Assembly (NCBI GenBank): GCA_044869275.1
Contig: JBIOXB010000059.1
Span: 1-31,285 of the forward strand
Length of the DNA stretch: 31,285 bases
DNA from: a bacterium
Lineage (GTDB): Bacteria > Zhuqueibacterota > Zhuqueibacteria > Zhuqueibacterales > Zhuqueibacteraceae
Direction: 5' to 3'
The notes under the pieces were generated by a model. That model was not told the origin of the DNA and did not search any database. It was given only the letters and a program-made list of their open reading frames with translations. Made by a program: the position numbers and the translations under genes. Shown here in pieces: positions 25,579-31,285 of this stretch. The number at the start of each line of letters is the position of its first letter. Positions within the stretch are counted from its first letter, which is position 1.

Positions 25579-27414
25579 ATGCGAGTGAAGCTTTTTCTTC
25601 TGGTAGGTCTGGTCGCGGCGCTCGGCGCCGGCTGTGGCGGGGGCGAGAAAAGAGCGCGGCAGGGCGTGCGCTCGGACGTGCAAGAGGCGGCGCTCAAAAG
25701 CTACGTTGCCCCCGGTGATCTGGATGAATACTATATTTTCAAATCCGGCGGCCACTCTGGCCAGGTTTACATTTATGGCATTCCCTCCATGCGGCACCTC
25801 GCCACCATTCCGGTGTTCACGCCGTATCCGGCTACCGGTTATGGCTTCGATAAGGAAAGCAAGGAGATGCTCGGTGGCTTTGCCTGGGGCGACGCGCACC
25901 ATCCTTCCATCAGCGAGACCAACGGTGATTACGATGGCCGCTGGCTGTTCATCTCCGACAATGCCAACAATCGCATGGCACGCATTGATCTGCGCGACTT
26001 CAAGACCAAGGAAATTCTGGGGCCGATCGCGAATGTCTCCGGTAATCATTGCTCGTCATTCGTGACAGAAAACACCGAATACGTGCTCGCCGGCTCGCGT
26101 TTTTCGATTCCGCTGCCCAAGGGCACCTATGAAAAAATCGAGGACTATGCGACGAAATTCAAGGGCATCGTGGCCGGCATCGCGGTGGATTCACAGTCCG
26201 GCAAGATGTCGCTCGGCTGGCAGGTACTGATGCCGCCGTTCAATTATGATCTCGGCGACGCGGGCAAAGGTCCGAGCGCGGAATGGGGCTTCTGGACATG
26301 CTACAATAGCGAGCGCGCCACCGGCAAGCTCGAAGTTACTTCCGCGCAGAACGACCGTGATTACGTCGCGGCGGTAAATTGGAAGGCCGCTGAGAAAGCC
26401 ATTGCCGAGGGTAAATTCAAAATGCTCGGCGGCGTGAAAGTGATCGATCCCAAAGATGCCGAAGGTGTGGTTTATCTCCTGCCCGCCGCGAAGTCGCCGC
26501 ACGGCGTGGACGTGAGCCCGGATGGCAAGTACATCATTGCCAGCGGCAAGCTGCAGAGCATTACGACGGTGTTCAACATCGAAAAAGTCTTGACCGCGAT
26601 TCAGAACAAGGATTTTACTGGCAATGAAGACGGCATTCCCGTGCTCAACTATGACAGCGTCAAAGATGCGGAAGTGAACGTCGGGCTCGGCCCGTTGCAC
26701 ACGCAGTTCGACGATAAAGGCTTTGCCTATACTTCGCTCTTCGTCGAAAGCGCCGTGGCCAAGTGGAAGCTGGGCACGTGGGAGTTGGTGGACAAGATTC
26801 CGATCTCCTACAACATCGGCCATCTTACTGCTGCCGAAGGCGATACCAAGAGCCCAGACGGCAAATACTTGGTGGCGTTGAACAAGCTCTCGCATGGCCG
26901 GCACCTGAGTGTTGGCCCTTCGCAGCCGGAAGCGTCGCAGCTCATCGACATCAGCGGCGAGAAGATGGCGCTGCTGTACGATGCCTTTACCGAGCCGGAG
27001 CCGCATTATGCGCAAATCATCAAAGCGGATAAACTGCATCCTATCGAAGTTTATCCCAAAGAAGAGAACAAGCATCCCCACGCCATTTGGGACCTCAAGG
27101 ACGCCAAGATCGTGCGCAACGGCAAAAACGTCGAGGTTTATATGATGGCGGTGCGCTCCAGCTTCGAGCCCTGGAACATCGAAGTGAATAAAGGCGACAA
27201 GGTCACCATCTATCTCACCAACATCGAGCAAACCACGGACGAGCTGCACGGCTTCGGCTTGAACGAATACAACATCAATATCGTCGCCGACCCGGGCGAA
27301 ACCAAAGTGATTGAATTCATTGCCGACAAGCCCGGCGTGTTCCCGTTCTATTGCACGAACTTCTGCTCAGCGTTGCATCAGGAGATGCAGGGGTATTTGC
27401 TGGTGAAGTCGTGA
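25579..27414 (+). CDS. nosZ: Clade II (Sec-dependent) nitrous oxide reductase, predicted lipoprotein
   Basis: GAGGAG RBS; lipobox-like LGAGC and no twin arginine; YVAPGDLDEYY, SGGHSG; CuZ His in DAHH, GNH, SPHG, GPLH, IGH, EPH; CuA ELHG and CTNFCSALHQEM. Confidence 0.97.
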   Translation: MRVKLFLLVGLVAALGAGCGGGEKRARQGVRSDVQEAALKSYVAPGDLDEYYIFKSGGHSGQVYIYGIPSMRHLATIPVFTPYPATGYGFDKESKEMLGGFAWGDAHHPSISETNGDYDGRWLFISDNANNRMARIDLRDFKTKEILGPIANVSGNHCSSFVTENTEYVLAGSRFSIPLPKGTYEKIEDYATKFKGIVAGIAVDSQSGKMSLGWQVLMPPFNYDLGDAGKGPSAEWGFWTCYNSERATGKLEVTSAQNDRDYVAAVNWKAAEKAIAEGKFKMLGGVKVIDPKDAEGVVYLLPAAKSPHGVDVSPDGKYIIASGKLQSITTVFNIEKVLTAIQNKDFTGNEDGIPVLNYDSVKDAEVNVGLGPLHTQFDDKGFAYTSLFVESAVAKWKLGTWELVDKIPISYNIGHLTAAEGDTKSPDGKYLVALNKLSHGRHLSVGPSQPEASQLIDISGEKMALLYDAFTEPEPHYAQIIKADKLHPIEVYPKEENKHPHAIWDLKDAKIVRNGKNVEVYMMAVRSSFEPWNIEVNKGDKVTIYLTNIEQTTDELHGFGLNEYNINIVADPGETKVIEFIADKPGVFPFYCTNFCSALHQEMQGYLLVKS

Positions 27415-27440
27415 GGCAAATGGGCATATAGTGTAGATAT

Positions 27441-27501
27441 TACACGTTACACCTTACACGTTACACGTGTGAAGTGTAACGTGTAAAGTGTAAGGTGTGT
27501 A
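27441..27501. repeat. Heptamer array TACACGT x4 abutting its inverted array
   Basis: tacacgt tacacct tacacgt tacacgt gtgaagt gtaacgt gtaaagt gtaaggt. Confidence 0.85.
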
Positions 27502-27505
27502 CCAT

Positions 27506-28144
27506 ATGCAAAAGTACATCGAAAAAGCCAACTCCTTCTTTGAGACGCCAATTGATCTGCGCAGTCGCGCCTTGATTCTCGTCGCAGCGGTCATGTTGCT
27601 GCCGAGTTACTTCTCTCCGCTCTGGAATTTGAAGTTGTACTCGAATCAATTTCCGGAAGGATTGGTGTTGAAGATTTATTCGTACAAGCTCGCCGGCGGG
27701 CGGAGCGAGTACCGCGACGACTTGAAAGAGATCAACGCGCTCAATCATTACATTGGCATGCGCGAACTGAAGGAAGATGATTTTACGGAATTCAAGTGGA
27801 TCCCGTTCGTCATTGGTGGCGTCATTTTGCTGTCGTTGCGCGTTGTGGTGCTCGGCAAAATGTCGAAGCTCGTTGATTTGTTCGTCTTGTTCACTTACTT
27901 CGGATTGTTCTCGCTGTGGAGTTTTTACCATAAGCTGCATCTCTATGGCCACGAGCTCGACCCGACTGCCGCCGTCAAGGTGGCACCGTTTACACCGCCG
28001 ATCATCGGCCATCATACGCTGGCCAACTTCGAAGTCTACAGCTATCCACACGTCGGATCCTATTTCATGGCCGCCGCGCCGCTCTTTTGGCTCGCGGCCA
28101 TGTGGCTGTCAAGAAAGGCGTGGCAAAACGCCAAGAGCGTTTAG
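27506..28144 (+). CDS. nosB: Clade II nos accessory membrane protein NosB
   Basis: PLW..L...QFPEGL, INALNHYIGM, LYGHELDPTA, FTPPIIG...LANF...SYP; position directly after nosZ. Confidence 0.88.
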   Translation: MQKYIEKANSFFETPIDLRSRALILVAAVMLLPSYFSPLWNLKLYSNQFPEGLVLKIYSYKLAGGRSEYRDDLKEINALNHYIGMRELKEDDFTEFKWIPFVIGGVILLSLRVVVLGKMSKLVDLFVLFTYFGLFSLWSFYHKLHLYGHELDPTAAVKVAPFTPPIIGHHTLANFEVYSYPHVGSYFMAAAPLFWLAAMWLSRKAWQNAKSV

Positions 28145-28153
28145 TTGAAAACC

Positions 28154-28249
28154 GGAGTTCTGGCGATTGGATTGGTGGAGTGATGGAGTTCTGGAGTAAT
28201 AGAGTAATGGAGAACTCATCACTCTATTACTCCGCCACTCCAGTACTCC
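28154..28249. repeat. Octamer array with inverted counterpart
   Basis: tggattgg tggagtga tggagttc tggagtaa tagagtaa tggag ... cactctattactccgccactccagtactcc. Confidence 0.8.
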
Positions 28250-28302
28250 TCGTACCAAACCGTAGTTTTCGAACCGGACGTTATTCACCAGCGTTGCATG
28301 CT

Positions 28303-30369
28303 ATGCGAATTCCATCTCCCATCATTCCGAAAGAGCACGGCGCATGGGCCGTGTTGTTTGTGCCGATGATTATCGGCGCAAGCGTGGCCGGCCGGTTCGA
28401 CACCAACGCCTGGTATCTCGCGTTCTCGGTGCTGGGCGGTTTTTTGAGTTATATGCCCGTGCAAACGATTCTGCGCCAATTGTTCGTCGCACCACAGGGA
28501 AAGGAAAAACTGCGAGCGGCAATGTTTTGGGCGGCGGTCTACTTCGGCCTCAGCGCACTTTTTGCCGTTCCGCTCTTCCTCCAGAATTTTTGGCTGCTTG
28601 GGAGCATGGGGTTGGCAGCAGCAGTCGCATTTTTCGGAAATTTTATTTTAGTGCGCCAGTATGCCAAAAGCATTTGGAGTGATCTCGTTTCAGTACTGGG
28701 GTTGACATTGGGGGCGCCGGGCGCGTATTACGTTACCACTGGAAAACTCGATCAGACCGCGGCGCTGCTGTGGCTGCTGAATTTTCTTTTCTTTGGCAGC
28801 GGCATTGTTTACGTGCATATGAAGCTGCGCGCCTCGGCAATGAAAAAATCCGAGCTGTCCCTCGCCGAAAAACTCGGCTTGGGAAAAATGAACCTGATTT
28901 ATCACTTTTTCGTGTTTATAATCGTTGGTATTCTCGTTATCAAAAACTTCACACCATGGCTGGCGATGGCGGCGTTTGTACCGATGACGCTTCATGCGAT
29001 TTATGGCACGTTCAAGCTCTCGCACGCCGTACGCTTCAGGAATTTGGGATTGATTTTGCTGGCGCAAGCGCTCGCCTTTGCGCTTTTTTGTGTGATCGGC
29101 GCTGCGCTCATTTTTGCACCAGCCGGCGAAGCGCAATCATCGACGCCGGCGATACCCCATCACAATGGGCGCAAGAGTTTCAATGACATCGATTTGCAGA
29201 GGCTCATCAATACGGCGCAATGCGGCGACACAATTTTCGTCCCTGCCGGCCTTTATGAGGGTAATCTCGTCGTCGACAAAAAGCTCGTGCTCATCGGAAG
29301 AGATTGGCCGGTGATTCGCGGCAATGGCAGCGGCAGCGCGGTTGTCATTGCCGCTGATTCCTGCACGTTCAAAGGCTTTGTGGTCGAGCATTGCGGGAGA
29401 ATGCTGGTTCAAGAGGATTCCGGCGTACTGCTCAAATCGCATGGCAACGTGGTGGAGGGGAATCATCTGCGCGATGTTCTGTTCGGGATCTACCTGCTGC
29501 AAGCCAATGGCAACGTGGTGAGAGACAACCGTATCGCTGGCCGCAAAGAGCTGGAGTTAGGGGAGAGGGGCAGTGGCGTTCACCTCTGGAATGCGCAGCG
29601 CAATCGTTTCATCGGCAACGTAATCACCGATAGCCGAGATGGGTTTTATATTCAGAACGCGAATCACACCTATCTTGAACGCAACGAAGCGTTTGGCTTG
29701 CGTTACGGCGTGCACTACATGTATGCCGACTCCAATGTTTTTCTGCAAAACAGATTTTACGACAACGTTGCCGGTGCGGCGATTATGTACTCGCGCGGCA
29801 TCGTGATGCGGCACAATAGTTTCGTGCGCAATCGTGGCTTCGCCTCGTTCGGCATTCTCTTTCAAGATTGCCACAATTCCGTTGCCGACTCCAATATCAT
29901 TGCCGACAACGTCGTCGGCATGTTCTTTGAAGCCTCCACCGACAATCACTTTCGGCATAATATCATCGCACGGAATGACATCGCCTTGCAGATGTTTCAG
30001 AACTCCGAGCGCAACACCTTCGCTGAGAACAATTTCATCGACAACTTGAACCCGCTCTCTTTGGTTGGCAAACGGACACGGACGCATTGGCACCAGAGCG
30101 GCAGGGGCAACTACTGGAGCGCATACGACGGCTACGATCTCGATCATGACGGCGTCGGCGATATTCCAATGAAGATTCAAAACGCATTCGATTATCTCGA
30201 GGGCCAGCATCCGAATCTGCGCTTGTATCTTTACAGCCCAGCGGCGCAAGCGCTGGCGGTGGCCGCGAAGGCTTTTCCGATTATTGAGATCAATCAGGAA
30301 GTGGATGATTATCCCTTGATGAGGCCTATTCATCTTCAAAGAATTATACTAACGGATAAGAAGCTCTAA
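28303..30369 (+). CDS. nosD: Fusion of a YwiC-like membrane domain and NosD copper-maturation protein
   Basis: N-terminal PKEHGAW and about 8-9 TM segments. From about 29190 a beta-helix domain: GDTIFVPAGLYEGNLVVDK, RDGFY, LRYGVHYMY, GAAIMYS, GNYWSAYDGYDLDHDGVGDIP, D.YPLMRP. Confidence 0.88.
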   Translation: MRIPSPIIPKEHGAWAVLFVPMIIGASVAGRFDTNAWYLAFSVLGGFLSYMPVQTILRQLFVAPQGKEKLRAAMFWAAVYFGLSALFAVPLFLQNFWLLGSMGLAAAVAFFGNFILVRQYAKSIWSDLVSVLGLTLGAPGAYYVTTGKLDQTAALLWLLNFLFFGSGIVYVHMKLRASAMKKSELSLAEKLGLGKMNLIYHFFVFIIVGILVIKNFTPWLAMAAFVPMTLHAIYGTFKLSHAVRFRNLGLILLAQALAFALFCVIGAALIFAPAGEAQSSTPAIPHHNGRKSFNDIDLQRLINTAQCGDTIFVPAGLYEGNLVVDKKLVLIGRDWPVIRGNGSGSAVVIAADSCTFKGFVVEHCGRMLVQEDSGVLLKSHGNVVEGNHLRDVLFGIYLLQANGNVVRDNRIAGRKELELGERGSGVHLWNAQRNRFIGNVITDSRDGFYIQNANHTYLERNEAFGLRYGVHYMYADSNVFLQNRFYDNVAGAAIMYSRGIVMRHNSFVRNRGFASFGILFQDCHNSVADSNIIADNVVGMFFEASTDNHFRHNIIARNDIALQMFQNSERNTFAENNFIDNLNPLSLVGKRTRTHWHQSGRGNYWSAYDGYDLDHDGVGDIPMKIQNAFDYLEGQHPNLRLYLYSPAAQALAVAAKAFPIIEINQEVDDYPLMRPIHLQRIILTDKKL

Positions 30370-30432
30370 ATCCAAAATCCAAAACTCAAAATTTCAATCT
30401 AATTTTGGATTTTTTGCTTAGAGTTTTGTGCT
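30368..30432. repeat. Degenerate heptamer array AAATCCA with inverted counterpart
   Basis: aaatcca aaatcca aaactca aaatttc ... ttttggatt. Confidence 0.6.
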
Positions 30433-30467
30433 TCCTACTTGTCCGGAATATGCCAGATCGAATCATC

Positions 30468-31190
30468 ATGATCCATGTCGAACATTTCACCAAGCGCTAT
30501 GGCAAATTCACCGCCGTCAATGATGTCTCGTTCGAGGTAGAACGCGGTGAGGTCTTTGCCTTTCTCGGCCCTAACGGCAGCGGCAAGACCACGACGATGA
30601 AAGCCATGGTGGGATTGAATGTGCCGACCACGGGCCGCATCCTCATTAACGGCATTGATGTACGCCGGCAGCCGAAGGAAGCGAAACGCTTTGTGAGCTA
30701 TTTACCGCAGCGGGTGGTGTTTCCCGAGAATCTGACGGCGCGGGAAGTGCTGCGCTTTTACGACCGCGTGCGTAAAGTGCCGAAAGCGCTGGCAGACGAA
30801 GCGCTGGCGCGCGCCAATTTCAACGGTTTTTCCGACAAAGCGGTGAGCGAATTCTCCGGCGGCATGGTGCAGCGCTTGGGGCTCGCGGTTGCTGCCATGC
30901 CAGATGCTCCAGTTTTGTTGCTTGACGAACCGACAGCGAATCTCGATCCGCAGGGCGTGAAGCGATTTCGTGAATTTATTTTGGAGCAAAAGCAAAGGGG
31001 CAAGACCATCATCTTCTCAACCCATTTGCTCACCGAAGCCGAGCAACTGGCCGATCGCGTGGGTATTTTTGTGGGCGGCAAGTTGGTGGCGCAGGAAGCG
31101 GTCGAAAATCTGCGCCAAACGTTCTTGGCGAACGGCACGATTGAGGATATGTATCTGCATTATGTCGGCAACGATCAACATGCTGAGTGA
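30468..31190 (+). CDS. nosF: ABC ATP-binding protein NosF
   Basis: GPNGSGKTT, YLPQ, FPENLT, FSGGMVQR, LLLDEPT, STH; follows nosD. Alternative start at 30450. Confidence 0.85.
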   Translation: MIHVEHFTKRYGKFTAVNDVSFEVERGEVFAFLGPNGSGKTTTMKAMVGLNVPTTGRILINGIDVRRQPKEAKRFVSYLPQRVVFPENLTAREVLRFYDRVRKVPKALADEALARANFNGFSDKAVSEFSGGMVQRLGLAVAAMPDAPVLLLDEPTANLDPQGVKRFREFILEQKQRGKTIIFSTHLLTEAEQLADRVGIFVGGKLVAQEAVENLRQTFLANGTIEDMYLHYVGNDQHAE

Positions 31191-31223
31191 TGAGGAATGT
31201 CAGGCTTTTCAAAAAAGAGATTC

Positions 31224-31285
31224 CAGCGGATAGAAACAACCCAACGGATAAAATATTTTATCCGTTGGGTTGTTTCTATCCGCTG
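31224..31285. repeat. Perfect 62-bp palindrome ending at the last base of the window
   Basis: cagcggatagaaacaacccaacggataaaat|attttatccgttgggttgtttctatccgctg. Confidence 0.95.

Noticed and set aside
26191..27249. 352-aa minus-strand ORF
   Set aside because: Antisense shadow of nosZ.
28087..28302. N-terminal extension of the ywiC-nosD ORF
   Set aside because: Overlaps nosB and reads through the octamer array; ATG 28303 just before PKEHGAW is the more plausible start.
31180..31233. Possible nosY start overlapping the nosF end
   Set aside because: The reading frame closes after 17 codons and does not resemble NosY.

Overview
Bacterial chromosomal window; all credible genes are on the + strand except one Rrf2 regulator. 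It has three parts. (1) About 0.1-12.7 kb is a patchwork of small accessory and metabolic genes (GyrI-like, DUF3795, alpha/beta hydrolases, UDG-like, TIGR04076, SAM methyltransferase, MFS, a divergent alanine dehydrogenase homologue, a CoA-transferase and others), mixed with several collapsed gene remnants. (2) About 12.9-18.8 kb is a five-gene envelope module: a LolA-like protein, two FtsX/LolE permeases, an ABC ATPase and an outer-membrane beta-barrel. (3) About 18.8-31.2 kb is the main system, a clade II (Sec-dependent, lipoprotein) nitrous oxide reductase cluster (nosZ-nosB-[ywiC::nosD fusion]-nosF). Directly upstream on the same strand are a GltD/DsrL-like NAD(P)H flavo-iron-sulfur protein, a Tat-exported Rieske protein, a b6-like cytochrome b with a non-canonical Qo motif and a membrane-anchored pentahaem cytochrome c, with a divergent 3-Cys Rrf2 regulator. 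This suggests a dedicated Rieske/cytochrome b electron-supply module for N2O respiration, possibly coupled to NAD(P)H. Most intergenic gaps in the ABC and nos regions carry 7-/8-mer tandem arrays or REP-like palindromes, and the window ends in a perfect 62-bp palindrome. All calls come from reading motifs by eye; no database searches were run.
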